DNA of 64,000 nucleotides from an uncultured delta proteobacterium (GCA_963848135.1 CAWKCK010000017.1:434001-498000), one strand, 5' to 3'. Shown: positions 42,416 through 52,997, counted from the stretch's first letter. Numbers and translations: made by a program. Notes: generated by a model from the sequence alone, not told the origin.

Positions 42416-43375
42416 ATGGCGCTCAGACGATTAGGAACTTCGGCGATCGAGATCTCGCCGATAATCATGGGGACGTGGCAGGCGGGTAAAGACATGTGGC
42501 TCGGAATCGACGACACGGAATCCCAGCGAGCAATATGTGCCGCATTCGATGCCGGAGTCACAACCTTTGATACGGCAGAGGCTTATGGCAATGGACACTC
42601 CGAAAGGATCCTGGGCAAGGCACTCTCCGGAAAGCGGGATCAGGTGCTCTACGCCACGAAGGTCTTTGCCAATCACCTTGGCCGAAACCAAGTTTTTCAG
42701 GCCTGTGAACGCTCGCTGAAAAACCTGCAAACCGACCGGATCGATCTCTACCAGATTCACTGGCCGGCAGGGTCGTTCGGGTCTAAAAAAGTACCCATTG
42801 CTGAGACAATGGGCGCTCTGGTTGAACTTAAAACGCAAGGGAAAATCCGCGCAATTGGCGTATCCAACTTCTCGCGAACCCAATTGGAAGCGGCTGGGGA
42901 ATATGGGGAGATCGTCAGTCTTCAACCGCCCTATTCCCTATTTTGGCGCCATGTCGAAACCGATGCCATGCCGTACTGTGTAGAAAATGGCATAACGGTT
43001 CTGGCCTACTCTCCTATGGCCCAAGGCCTGCTTACCGGTAAGTTCGGCCCGAAACACACCTTCGGCAAAGGCGATCATCGTGCCAAGAACCGCCTGTTTC
43101 AGCACGAAATTTACCGCACGGTACTGGCCGCTCTGGACCAATTGCGATCCATCGCGGAAAACTATTCCTGCACCCTGGGTCAGCTTGCGTTGGCCTGGGT
43201 CATTTCCCATCCAGGAACCTGCGCCATTTCTGGGGCCCGAAATGTCGAGCAGGCCACCCTAAACGCGGCGGCGGCAGATATAATCCTCTCCAGCGAAGAT
43301 CTGGCGAAAATGGATGTCATTGGCCGCACGGTAACCGATCAACTCGACGATAACCCCGTGATGTGGACATTCTGA
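42416..43375 (+). CDS. Aldo/keto reductase
   Basis: FDTAEAYG.GHSE, IDLYQIHWP, IGVSNF, AYSPMAQGLLTGK. Confidence 0.95.
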   Translation: MALRRLGTSAIEISPIIMGTWQAGKDMWLGIDDTESQRAICAAFDAGVTTFDTAEAYGNGHSERILGKALSGKRDQVLYATKVFANHLGRNQVFQACERSLKNLQTDRIDLYQIHWPAGSFGSKKVPIAETMGALVELKTQGKIRAIGVSNFSRTQLEAAGEYGEIVSLQPPYSLFWRHVETDAMPYCVENGITVLAYSPMAQGLLTGKFGPKHTFGKGDHRAKNRLFQHEIYRTVLAALDQLRSIAENYSCTLGQLALAWVISHPGTCAISGARNVEQATLNAAAADIILSSEDLAKMDVIGRTVTDQLDDNPVMWTF

Positions 43376-43386
43376 GGACACACCAA

Positions 43387-44214
43387 ATGACATTGACGAA
43401 AATTCAATCCAACATGTGGTCTCTGGCGGTTTTGTGTATCGCTGCTTCCCTCTGGTGCGTGGCGTATCTAATTGGTTGCAGCGGAACCGGTGACATTCCG
43501 ACCGCCAGCATGGCTGAAGGCGGTAAGGTGGTACTGTCTTGGCAAGAGGTGCCGGAGGCTTTCACATATAACCTTTACATGTCTACCGCACCGGTCGTCA
43601 ACAAACTCAACGGTTACCGGTTTTCCCGAGCAGAAAGTCCCATAACGATCACGGGCCTCGAAACCGGTACAACCTACTACTTCGTCTTGACGGTTGTCGA
43701 CAGCACCGGCGAAGGACGGGAATCCGGGGAGATTTCGTATACCGCCGTGCAGAATGAAACCGGGTCCATTAATTTGATCCCCGTCTTGAATGTCCCGGCT
43801 GCCGCCCCACAGAACAAAAAATCTGATAAAAAGTCTGAACCAGCTGAAGGTGCCGTAAAAAGCAATAAATCAAATGAAACCCGACCGACCGCTACAAATA
43901 AAGGTGGAAGTGCCGCTCAAAAAACGGCCATCGAAAAAACGGCGCCGGATTCTCAAAGTAAGGCTGCGGCAAATACGTCCGCAAAAATGACAGTGGCTTG
44001 GAACAGCGTGCCGAATGCGGCCGCATATAATATTTACTGGCGCACCAGCCCCGGCGTCACGAAAAAAAACGGGAACAAGATCCCGAGTGTAACCCCCCCC
44101 TATACCTTCACGGGTCTAAAGCGCGGGAACACATATTTCTTTGTGGTGACTTCCATTGGCCAAGGCGGCGAAAGCCAGGAATCGGAGGAGCTCTCGTTTT
44201 CTGTGCCCGAGTAA
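43387..44214 (+). CDS. Lipoprotein with two fibronectin type III domains
   Basis: Lipobox LIGC; two W..V..A..YN.Y..GL..G.TYYFV units joined by a K/S/T/A-rich linker. Confidence 0.82.
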   Translation: MTLTKIQSNMWSLAVLCIAASLWCVAYLIGCSGTGDIPTASMAEGGKVVLSWQEVPEAFTYNLYMSTAPVVNKLNGYRFSRAESPITITGLETGTTYYFVLTVVDSTGEGRESGEISYTAVQNETGSINLIPVLNVPAAAPQNKKSDKKSEPAEGAVKSNKSNETRPTATNKGGSAAQKTAIEKTAPDSQSKAAANTSAKMTVAWNSVPNAAAYNIYWRTSPGVTKKNGNKIPSVTPPYTFTGLKRGNTYFFVVTSIGQGGESQESEELSFSVPE

Positions 44215-44261
44215 TCCTTAAATTCTGCGGATATCAAACAAAACAAACACAAAATGGAAAT

Positions 44262-44615
44262 TCATGCCGAAGTTCCTTTTGGGTGACGGCTGCGGTAGAA
44301 ACGAACATCGGCCTTTTCAATCGTCGCCAGGCCCCCTTCGATAAACCCTTCGACAGTTTCCAGATAGCTTTCGATTTTTTCCCTGGTATCGACAATTTCA
44401 ATCACTATAGGGAGATCTTCCGAAAGCCTGAGAATTTTGGCCGTATGAATGCGGCTGTTAGCCCCAAAGCCCATGATTCCGCGGGTTACGGTGGCGCCGG
44501 CCAGTCCAAGTTCACGCGCCCGGAGCACAAGCCACTCGTATAAGGGTTTGCCCTTGCGTTTACTGCCCTCTCCAATCAAAACCCGCAGCAAACATCCATT
44601 CCTATCGAGATTCAT
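44262..44615 (-). CDS. DUF190 (PII-like) protein
   Basis: GLAGATVTRGIMGFG..SRIHTAKILRLSEDLPIVIEIVD; directly follows crcB. Confidence 0.92.
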   Translation of the reverse strand: MNLDRNGCLLRVLIGEGSKRKGKPLYEWLVLRARELGLAGATVTRGIMGFGANSRIHTAKILRLSEDLPIVIEIVDTREKIESYLETVEGFIEGGLATIEKADVRFYRSRHPKGTSA

Positions 44616-44617
44616 GA

Positions 44618-45001
44618 TTACCTCCACACCAATAGCACGATACTTCTGCCAACCCATACGGCCCCGATACCCAGAAACAAGTGCAGACCGACGTATGCAA
44701 ATGCATACAGCCACTCGTTGTCTCGCAACAGGTTCAGGGTTTCGTATCCAAATGTCGAATAAGTCGTGAATGCCCCTAAAAAACCAATGGTCAAAAACAT
44801 ACGGGTTTCGATAGAAAACAGGCCGAGATCTTCGGTCATTTTTGACATCACGCCGATAATGAAACACCCGATGAGATTGACTGCCAGTGTCCCCACCGGA
44901 AAACTGTAACTGCCAGATAGTCTTTGAGCGTACCCGCTCATGAAATAACGCAGGATGGCTCCCAGAAAGCCACCAGAACCGATGATAAGAATTTTAATCA
45001 C
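44618..45001 (-). CDS. crcB: Fluoride efflux channel CrcB/FluC
   Basis: GGFLGAILRY, GTLAVNLIGCF, GFLGAFTTYSTF. Confidence 0.95.
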   Translation of the reverse strand: MIKILIIGSGGFLGAILRYFMSGYAQRLSGSYSFPVGTLAVNLIGCFIIGVMSKMTEDLGLFSIETRMFLTIGFLGAFTTYSTFGYETLNLLRDNEWLYAFAYVGLHLFLGIGAVWVGRSIVLLVWR

Positions 45002-45117
45002 CTTGACGCTCCCTTGACCGGTTGATCAGCACCATAATTTGCTTGTCGTTCATCAAGCCCGCATGACCCTTTTCAGTAACCCCCTATAACGCATGTGATT
45101 CTGGCAACAGGTTTGAT

Positions 45118-48100
45118 TCAGGCCCTTTTTTGCCTCAACCAGATTTTAAACTGCTCGAACATTTCATAATTGGCCGGAGTAATCAAGAGCGTCAGAACGG
45201 TGGCACTGGACAAGCCGGCAACGAAAGCCGTGGCCATCGGTGCCCAGGAAATGGACCGGTTGGGAATTCCGATGGCCATGGGCAACAATCCAAGGGTTGT
45301 TGTGACAGTGGTGATCAACACCGGCCGCATCCTTGCCCCGCAGGCCTCGATCACGGCCTGGCGCAACTCTTTCCCCTCCCTGAGCCGTACATTCATAAAA
45401 TCGATCAGCAGCAAGGCGTCATTGACGGAAATACCAGCCAATCCGACAATGGCCAAAAAACTGCCAACGGTAAACTCGGTCCGGGTCACGAACAATCCAA
45501 TCACAACACCGATGAGTGCGAAGGGTACGGCCGAAATGATGATCAGTGGTTGAATGTAATCCTTAAACTGAGAAGACAACACCAGATAGATGCCCAGTAG
45601 TGCGATGAAAAAAGCAAAAGTGAGTGATCGATAGGACTTGCTCGTCGACTCGAATTCTCCACCGAAGGAGAGCGACACCCCTGCAAGCCGTTCGTCGCTT
45701 TCTGTATAGTACCTTTTGACAAGGTTTTGGACCCTCACGGATGACAGCGACGAGCCGGGCCTTATATCGGCAGTTATTGTCACGGTCGGTTTCCCGTTGT
45801 ACCGGGTCCGCACATTGGGATCGAGGACAACCGTCACATCCACGAGGTCTCGCAAAAGGATCGGGCCGGTACTGTCTTCGATCACGGGCAAGTCAAGCAC
45901 ATCCGTTGGGCCCTCGAGCCCGGTAGACCCTTTTTCTCCCGGGTTGTTCCTTCGGGCCACACGAACCAGAAGATCGACCTCTTCATCGGAAATCCGGTAA
46001 TCTCCAGCGTAAGTGCCGTAAAGTGCCCCGGCAACCAACGCGGTAATGTTTCCAGGCCGTAAGTTGTATTCGTAAACGGCCTCCTGCCGTGGTGTGAACT
46101 GATACGTTCGGTAGTCGTCGGAACGATTGTTTGTCAATCCAACCAGGTCGTTGAGTTCTTTTTGGGATCGCATGAATTCCAGAATGGCTTCACTGGCCGC
46201 CATTGCACTTTCAAGGTCAGTGCCCGTAACCCGTATGTTGACGGCTTTGCCTGTCGGTGGCCCGTCACTTTCCTCAAAAACACTGATCGATGGCGCCGCG
46301 CGCATATGCCGATACCTGTCAGTGGTATGACGTCTAATCTTCTGCCGTATATACTCGAGGTGCATCAGCGGGTCATTTCGAGGGTTTTCAGGAAAACTCT
46401 GGTATCTTTGCTCCGGGAGGGTCACAACGATTTGACCGAAATTGCTTCCCGTATGTCGAACATAGTCCTGGTCTTCGTAGAATCCGGCACTGCCGGATGC
46501 TGATTGGGCCTGACCTTCGCCAAGATTCATGATCAGCCGCGAGAGGTCCCGGACGATGGCGTCCGTCTGCTCGATCGGTGTGCCCACCGGGTTGACGACG
46601 GTGACATGGTAGCGAAAGTAATTTCCTGGAAAAAACTTTACTTTTATCAACGGGAGAATTCCGGTTGCAGAGAGAACCAGCACCGCCAGGGAGGACAGGA
46701 AAACGACCGTCAGTACGCTAAAGGTGATCAATTTGTGATCAAGTAGAGTTTCCAGCAAACGCTGGTACAGCCGCCAAAAGGAACCGAAGGGCCCGCTGCG
46801 CAGATGGTGAAAAGGATCATCGTTAGCGGCATCGGGTTTTTCGGAGGGCGGTTTTTTAGGGCCCCAATCCAAAAAGTGAATCGGCAGGATGAACAAAGCC
46901 TCGATGAGAGAAGCAATGAGTGCAAAGGCGACTGTTTGGGGTATATAAGCAAAGAACTCGCCCGTTGTACCGGTCATAAGGAGCATGGGCAGGAAAGCCA
47001 GTACCGTCGTCAGGGCCGCAGCCGTCACCGGCAGCATGACCTCGGCGGTGCCGTCTATGACCGCTATCTTTGCCGGCTTCCCCATTTCGAAGTGTCGGTA
47101 AATATTCTCCACAATGATGACGGCATCGTCCACCATAATTCCCGTAACCAGTACGAAGGCAAACAGGCTGATGGTGTTCAGAGACACGCCGGTGGCCTTC
47201 ATGATGATGATGGTGCAGAGAAATGAAAACGGAATCCCGATGGCCGTTAACATTGCATTGCGAAAACCCAAGCTCATCCAGAGGATCCCAATCACGAGGG
47301 CCATACCCAGGACCAGGTTTCCACCCAAAGTGTTGAGTGAGTCTTTTATTTCGATAGTGGAATCGTTCGTGATAACGGTTTTGAGTCCGTCGCGGGAATG
47401 CAGCCTTTCGAAGTCAGCGGCGATTCCCTTGACTTGCCGGGAGATGCTCACGGAGTTGCCGGCTTGTTCTTTAGTGACCACCACCCGGATAGTGTTCTCC
47501 CCGTTGACCGACGGGATCATGGTGGGATCCCGGTGGCTGAGACGGGCGCTGCTCACGAGATCTCCGACGCGGATAAAATTGCCGTCACCGTCGCGTCGGA
47601 CGATGACATTCGATACGGCCTGCTGGGAGTCAAGCCGCTGACCGGTATCGAGCATATACTCGTTTTCTTCCTGCCGAAAACGACCTGTGGGAATCTTGGT
47701 GTTGGCGGAATGGATGGCATCGGTCAACTGCTGAAAAGTAACACCGTACAAGCGCAGCTTTGCCGGATCGGCGGCAACGTGAAATTCCTCGACGAACTCG
47801 CCTTCGATCTTAGCGTTGCGGACATCCGGAATCGCCACCAGCCGGGCACGAAGTTCCTCGGCATAGAGCTTCAGACTGCGCTGAGACATTTGTCCGGAGA
47901 GGTTCACCACCACGACCGGCATCCATGCATGGGTGTCGATATAAAGAAACCCGGGCTCGTCCGCTCCGGCCGGCAGTTCGTCTTTTATGTTGAGTACTCT
48001 AAAGCGCAAATCGTCGTAAAGCGCCTCGTAGTCGGAATCATCGATGAACTTGACCTTGACGGAGGAGAAATTGCGGTAGGAATAGGACTGCACATATTCG

Positions 48101-48333
48101 ATGTTTTCCAATCCGTTCAGGGCGTCCTCGACCTTGGTGGTGACCAGTTTTTCGACATCGTCTGCCGATGCGCCGAAATACACCGTCTGGACGAAAACCT
48201 CCCCCATGTCCACCAACGGCATGTTGTCGAGCGGGGTCGTAAACACGCTGAATCCGCCGGCTGTGAGCAGAATAACAAAGGCCACGTTGAAGAAAACCGC
48301 TTGCCTGATGGCAAATTTTACAACCGCTTTCAT
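45118..48333 (-). CDS. RND efflux permease (AcrB family)
   Basis: 1071 aa; GIMVDDAVIIVENI, GISVNDALLLIDF, RMRPVLITT. Confidence 0.93.
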   Translation of the reverse strand: MKAVVKFAIRQAVFFNVAFVILLTAGGFSVFTTPLDNMPLVDMGEVFVQTVYFGASADDVEKLVTTKVEDALNGLENIEYVQSYSYRNFSSVKVKFIDDSDYEALYDDLRFRVLNIKDELPAGADEPGFLYIDTHAWMPVVVVNLSGQMSQRSLKLYAEELRARLVAIPDVRNAKIEGEFVEEFHVAADPAKLRLYGVTFQQLTDAIHSANTKIPTGRFRQEENEYMLDTGQRLDSQQAVSNVIVRRDGDGNFIRVGDLVSSARLSHRDPTMIPSVNGENTIRVVVTKEQAGNSVSISRQVKGIAADFERLHSRDGLKTVITNDSTIEIKDSLNTLGGNLVLGMALVIGILWMSLGFRNAMLTAIGIPFSFLCTIIIMKATGVSLNTISLFAFVLVTGIMVDDAVIIVENIYRHFEMGKPAKIAVIDGTAEVMLPVTAAALTTVLAFLPMLLMTGTTGEFFAYIPQTVAFALIASLIEALFILPIHFLDWGPKKPPSEKPDAANDDPFHHLRSGPFGSFWRLYQRLLETLLDHKLITFSVLTVVFLSSLAVLVLSATGILPLIKVKFFPGNYFRYHVTVVNPVGTPIEQTDAIVRDLSRLIMNLGEGQAQSASGSAGFYEDQDYVRHTGSNFGQIVVTLPEQRYQSFPENPRNDPLMHLEYIRQKIRRHTTDRYRHMRAAPSISVFEESDGPPTGKAVNIRVTGTDLESAMAASEAILEFMRSQKELNDLVGLTNNRSDDYRTYQFTPRQEAVYEYNLRPGNITALVAGALYGTYAGDYRISDEEVDLLVRVARRNNPGEKGSTGLEGPTDVLDLPVIEDSTGPILLRDLVDVTVVLDPNVRTRYNGKPTVTITADIRPGSSLSSVRVQNLVKRYYTESDERLAGVSLSFGGEFESTSKSYRSLTFAFFIALLGIYLVLSSQFKDYIQPLIIISAVPFALIGVVIGLFVTRTEFTVGSFLAIVGLAGISVNDALLLIDFMNVRLREGKELRQAVIEACGARMRPVLITTVTTTLGLLPMAIGIPNRSISWAPMATAFVAGLSSATVLTLLITPANYEMFEQFKIWLRQKRA

Positions 48334-48374
48334 CGATGTCTCGTTTCTCTGCGAGATTCAGGTGCCATGGCGTG

Positions 48375-49394
48375 TCAGGGAGTCGCGAGTTCCACTCCCG
48401 GTTGGAGCTGCCGGTTGTCACCAATGGTCAGATGATCGCTGGTTTCACCCAGGACCAAGACCGCGATCTCCTCGCCCGTAGACTTGATTTTGACTTTCGG
48501 ATTTTCGTAACGGTTAAATACGGCCCGCTTGGGTACCTGCAGTCCCCCCGAATAGACTTTCAAGGGAAATGTCAACCGCAGCCCCCCCCTATGGTCGCCA
48601 GAGTAACCATTAACTTCAAGTTCCAAATTGATTTTGCGGGTTTTTTCATCAAACTGGGGATCGACCCGCAGAACAGCGGTTTTAACCGGTTCCCCTTCAA
48701 GTAGGGCATCAAACGACGGGCCCAGGCGCTGCAAGGCAGTGAATTCATCTGCGCTCAGCGCCAAGGGAATGACCAGGGTTCGATAGTCGCCAACGCTGGC
48801 CAGAGGGGCATCAACGCGAATGATTTCTCCGGCCTCGGCCAGGCGGCCCGTAACCAGCCAGCCGCTGGGGGCATATATCCAGTGACGCCTGCGCCGTTCT
48901 TCCAACTCAGCAAGTGAGGTTTTGGCTTGGGCAATCTGGACGGCGTTGGTGTCCATTTCGAGCTGGGACTGAGTGTATTCCTCTTCTGCCGCATCTCGTT
49001 TGGACCCGGCGGTGCTGTTGCGTTGATACAGCTGTCGGATGCGTTCGAATTCCTTTTTGAGATAAGCCATCCGGGAACGTTTCATCTGCATGCTGACGTG
49101 AAGCTGACTGAGTGTGTGGCGGGTAGATTCAATCTGAAAATCGATGAAGGTCGTATCGATGACGAAAAAGGGTTTATCTTCGATTATCTGCCCGACATCG
49201 TAATTGCGCTCGACAATTTTTCCAGATACTTCGGCGGAAAGACTCACGGTTGTTTTCGCCCGGGTATACCCGCTCAGGCTAACGTCCCTTTGCGCGCGTT
49301 GAACCACCAATGCTTCCTGAGCCAAAATCCGCGCAGGAAGAAAAATAATTAAAAGTATCAGTATCCGCACCAGAGTGCTATGCATCAGTGTCAT
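48375..49394 (-). CDS. RND efflux periplasmic adaptor
   Basis: SAEVSGKI, coiled coil, IYAPSGW, DPQFDEKTRK; directly upstream of the permease. Confidence 0.85.
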   Translation of the reverse strand: MTLMHSTLVRILILLIIFLPARILAQEALVVQRAQRDVSLSGYTRAKTTVSLSAEVSGKIVERNYDVGQIIEDKPFFVIDTTFIDFQIESTRHTLSQLHVSMQMKRSRMAYLKKEFERIRQLYQRNSTAGSKRDAAEEEYTQSQLEMDTNAVQIAQAKTSLAELEERRRRHWIYAPSGWLVTGRLAEAGEIIRVDAPLASVGDYRTLVIPLALSADEFTALQRLGPSFDALLEGEPVKTAVLRVDPQFDEKTRKINLELEVNGYSGDHRGGLRLTFPLKVYSGGLQVPKRAVFNRYENPKVKIKSTGEEIAVLVLGETSDHLTIGDNRQLQPGVELATP

Positions 49395-49528
49395 CTCCCT
49401 CGGCCAGCCTCATGGGCCCACGCCCGTCCTGTAACGAGCTATCTGTGTGAGAAACAGAGTATAACTAGCGGATACGGTTGTGTCAATTTAATGCCCGTGT
49501 GAAATTCATTCATCCACCATCCAGCTTA

Positions 49529-49682
49529 GCTGTTGAAAAACGTCATGAGCGCCGGCAAGGCAAAATCCGACGAAAAAGCGGAGTTTAGGGGTGACAAATG
49601 ACCATTTTCGCTCAAGCGGGGGTAGGACCCCGCGGTTCAGCCATTAACACCGTACTGTCAGGCGCAATCGTTTTTCAGCAGC
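49529..49682. mobile_element. MITE-like non-autonomous element with terminal inverted repeats
   Basis: GCTGTTGAAAAACG (49529-42) and CGTTTTTCAGCAGC (49669-82), 13 of 14 complementary; no coding capacity. Confidence 0.65.
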
Positions 49683-49685
49683 CTG

Positions 49686-50450
49686 TTAGAGCACCCCTGC
49701 ATACTGACCGATTAGCACCAATGCTATCACAAAGAGCACATTTCTCATCCAACCGCGATAGCTGTCGGTGTTGATTTTTTTTCGTATAAACATGCCGGCG
49801 TATAGACCAACGACTGCCACTCCGGCTATCGGCAGGGTTGACAGCAAGATCTTGCCTGTCAGGACACCAGAATGCGTCAATATGAGCGCCTGGGACAATT
49901 TGCCGATCAGAAAGCATAAATTGAATACCTGCACACTCACCACAGTACCCAGTCCGGCTTCCAGAGAGAATATGATCAGGGCGGGAACCATGACATTGAC
50001 GGTGCCGGCCAAAAATCCGCCGCTGAGGCCAAACACGGCATAAGCCAGTCCCGGCCTTTCAGACACCCAGCGCATCCGGAGGCCGAGGCGGTGAATATTC
50101 AGATAGAGCAGAATCGTAACCGCCAGCAGTAATTTGTAAGGTGCCGGGTCGGTGAGGAGCAATAGTTCCGTACCGGCCAGGCTGCCGACGCTGCCGAATA
50201 GAGCAAGGGGCCAAAATCGACGCAGGCAGTTCCACCAGTTTCCTGAGCTGAAAAGGGTGACCAGATTGACTGTAAAGGTGGGGGCCAAAACGATGAGAAT
50301 CACGCTGAGAACGTCTGTCAGCGCTGCCAGCAGCGGGGTCGCAATCATTGGAAAACCGAGCCCGAGCGTCCCATGAACCAGTCCGGCAAAAAAGACGATG
50401 CCCAAAATCAGTACCAGGGTCTGAGGTGTAAGGTCTTCGAAACCCGGCAT
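49686..50450 (-). CDS. Sulfite exporter TauE/SafE family protein
   Basis: AGLVHGTLGLGF and internal repeat GGFLAG; about 8 TM helices. Confidence 0.88.
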   Translation of the reverse strand: MPGFEDLTPQTLVLILGIVFFAGLVHGTLGLGFPMIATPLLAALTDVLSVILIVLAPTFTVNLVTLFSSGNWWNCLRRFWPLALFGSVGSLAGTELLLLTDPAPYKLLLAVTILLYLNIHRLGLRMRWVSERPGLAYAVFGLSGGFLAGTVNVMVPALIIFSLEAGLGTVVSVQVFNLCFLIGKLSQALILTHSGVLTGKILLSTLPIAGVAVVGLYAGMFIRKKINTDSYRGWMRNVLFVIALVLIGQYAGVL

Positions 50451-50510
50451 GACATTCCAGTTCTCAACCTCGATGTGGCGTTGTGCAGATATCGGGTGGG
50501 ATAATATGCG

Positions 50511-51074
50511 TTAAAATACGAGTAACGGCAATCGATCAGGGGTCTTGTCCCGCTCAATCGGAAGAAACTTGATCTTGTTCTCACGGAAAGTCTCCTCTTG
50601 ATCCTCATTCACCCGGCCTGATAACGGAACATAGTAGAAAGCCGCTTTCATTTTGGTTTCGGTCGAGTCGACTTTCAGCTTTATTTTGATCTTTCCGCTT
50701 TTCCAACGGTATATGGACGGCCGCCCTTTGTCACTGTAAACGATCTTGGGTATGCCATACTTTGCCTGCAACTGCTCTCTCATCCGGTTGAATGCCTCGA
50801 GGTTTTCCACGGTGGCGTAGGCGGCAAACAGGCGCTGGTCGTAAAACCCATAAATAACTCTGGATACATTGACATCGTCGATGGTGTGGACAACGCCCGG
50901 ATTGATGTAATATTCGACATCCGCATTGGATCCAACCCGTATGAGATTCCGGGTCTCTGCAATATCGGTTCCCCAGGCTATCCCGGAAAACCCCTTCTCC
51001 AGATCGACAGCCCACACAGAGGTTTGAAACAAAAGAAGCAGGCCAATTATCGGCAAAAGTCGTTTGGCAATCAT
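50511..51074 (-). CDS. Hypothetical exported protein
   Basis: Signal peptide ending VWA; GFSGIAWG..YGFY..L..KYG pattern. Confidence 0.75.
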   Translation of the reverse strand: MIAKRLLPIIGLLLLFQTSVWAVDLEKGFSGIAWGTDIAETRNLIRVGSNADVEYYINPGVVHTIDDVNVSRVIYGFYDQRLFAAYATVENLEAFNRMREQLQAKYGIPKIVYSDKGRPSIYRWKSGKIKIKLKVDSTETKMKAAFYYVPLSGRVNEDQEETFRENKIKFLPIERDKTPDRLPLLVF

Positions 51075-51338
51075 AATGCCCCTTTCCGCGTGATATCGCA
51101 TGGCAACCGGAAACTGGAACCGCCTGTTGTACCCGAACCGCTATCGACTGAACCAGAATCGCCTTAGACCATTGTATTGCTCATATCGGTCCATACAAAC
51201 AGTTATAATATAACCAACCACGGGGTTTTATCAATCGAACCTCGTTCCGGCAATGCCCTACTTTAACAAATTGGAATCAGATCCACAACCAGTGCCGGTG
51301 ACTAATATAAATTGATAGGCATCGGTTCACAGGGATGC

Positions 51339-51489
51339 AACGCCCAATGGGCTGCAGACCGCAGAATTGTAAGCGTTTACAGGGTGCCGCAAATGCGAGG
51401 CGTCGGACGCACAGACGTACTTTTGTACTTCAAGTGCTCGACAACAAAGCAGGTGCGGTGCCCTGTGAATGCTTTCGCTAACAGGCGTT
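51339..51489 (+). repeat. Long imperfect palindrome (structured intergenic element, MITE/REP-like or ncRNA)
   Basis: Arms 51371-51391 and 51454-51474 pair fully if G-U is allowed; outer AACGCC/GGCGTT; apical GTAC-TTTT-GTAC. Confidence 0.65.
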
Positions 51490-51647
51490 CATATTTCCGC
51501 CATGGTTATAGTGGTTGTCAAAAGACCGTTACGTAATTCGACCGCTCTTTTTACCAACCACTTATACCATCCATGCGTATTTCGGAGTTTATTTTTGCAA
51601 TGCGGTATAATCTGTTGGCCAGCGCCATTATTTGTAACCGAATGGCA

Positions 51648-51676
51648 TTGACATAGACGTGAGGACCACCTATAAA
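51648..51676 (+). promoter_or_regulatory. Sigma70-type promoter of the acyl-CoA dehydrogenase operon
   Basis: TTGACA-17 nt-TATAAA. Confidence 0.65.
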
Positions 51677-51793
51677 ATGAACCAAAATCATATTCAGCCC
51701 CAGTGATGATGATTCAAGCCGGCTAAAGTTTTAAATGAATCCAGATACGCTGGCGCTGTACCCAAAATATGCGCCCTTTGAAAAGGAGTGGAT

Positions 51794-52945
51794 ATGGACT
51801 TTACGCTGTCGCCTGAACAGGAAATCTTGCGAGACTCCGTGCGCAGCTTTGCCGAAAAAGAAATCAAACCAGTGGCACAAGCCCTGGACAGAAAAGAAGA
51901 ATTCTCATATGAGACAATGCGGAAAATGGCTGATCTGGGACTTTTCGGGATCGTCGTACCGGAAAAGTATGGCGGTCAGGGGATGGACTACCTGTCCTAT
52001 ATCATTGCCACCGAAGAGATTGCCCGGATCGACGGATCACACGCGGCCACCGTCGCTGCAGAAAACTCCCTTGGTATCGGCCCGATTTACTATTTCGGCA
52101 GTGAAAAACAGAAACGGGCCATTCTTCCGAAACTATGCACCGGGGAGGCTCTCTGGGGCTTTGGATTGACCGAAGCCAATGCCGGATCGGACGCCGTGGC
52201 CTCGAGAACAACGGCTGTTCTGGACGGTAACCAATGGATCATAAATGGAAGCAAGATCTTCATCACGAATGCTTCCACCAAGATCAGCGCCGGCGTCACC
52301 GTCATGTGCCGCACCGGGACAAGACCGGACGGCAAAGCGGAGCTCTCCTGTATCCTGGTTGATTCCGGTACTCCCGGTTACACCTTTAAAGAAATGCACG
52401 GCAAGATGATGTGGCGGGCATCCAATACCAGCGAGTTATACTTCGAGGATTGCCGGGTCCCCAAGGAAAACCTTCTCGGCCCACAGGGTGAAGGCTTCAA
52501 ACAAATGATGAAAACCCTCGACGGCGGCCGACTGTCAATCGGAGCCATGGGGCTGGGTGGCGCCCAAGGGTGTTTGGAGATGGCGCTTAGATATAGCCGC
52601 CAGCGTGAGCAGTTTGACATGCCCATCTCAAAATTTCAGGCCAACGCCTTCAAGCTGGCCGACATGGCCGTGGAGATCGATGCTGCCCGCCTTATGCTTT
52701 ACAGGGCCTGCTGGCTAAGAGACAACGGCAAGCCGTTTTCAAAAGAAGCGGCCATGGCCAAGCTTTACTGCTCCGAGGTCATGTATCGTTGTGCCAATCA
52801 TGCGGTGCAACTGCATGGCGGCTACGGTCTCATGCAGGAGTACGATATCGAGCGTTTTTACCGTGACCAGAAACTCCTGGAGATTGGCGAAGGAACCTCT
52901 GAGGTACAGCGCATTGTGATCGCGCGCCATATCGGTGCCCTGTAA
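51794..52945 (+). CDS. Acyl-CoA dehydrogenase
   Basis: FGLTEANAGSD, INGSKIFITN, LDGGR..IGA, QLHGGYG, IGEGTSEVQR; RBS AAGGAG. Confidence 0.96.
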   Translation: MDFTLSPEQEILRDSVRSFAEKEIKPVAQALDRKEEFSYETMRKMADLGLFGIVVPEKYGGQGMDYLSYIIATEEIARIDGSHAATVAAENSLGIGPIYYFGSEKQKRAILPKLCTGEALWGFGLTEANAGSDAVASRTTAVLDGNQWIINGSKIFITNASTKISAGVTVMCRTGTRPDGKAELSCILVDSGTPGYTFKEMHGKMMWRASNTSELYFEDCRVPKENLLGPQGEGFKQMMKTLDGGRLSIGAMGLGGAQGCLEMALRYSRQREQFDMPISKFQANAFKLADMAVEIDAARLMLYRACWLRDNGKPFSKEAAMAKLYCSEVMYRCANHAVQLHGGYGLMQEYDIERFYRDQKLLEIGEGTSEVQRIVIARHIGAL

Positions 52946-52997
52946 ACGGATATTTAATTTCATGCCAGATTCTCGCTATCAAACGAAGGAGAGAAAT

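Noticed and set aside
45002..45117. Fluoride riboswitch upstream of crcB
   Set aside because: No GGxGATGG..CC or CTGATG consensus arrangement recognisable on the minus strand
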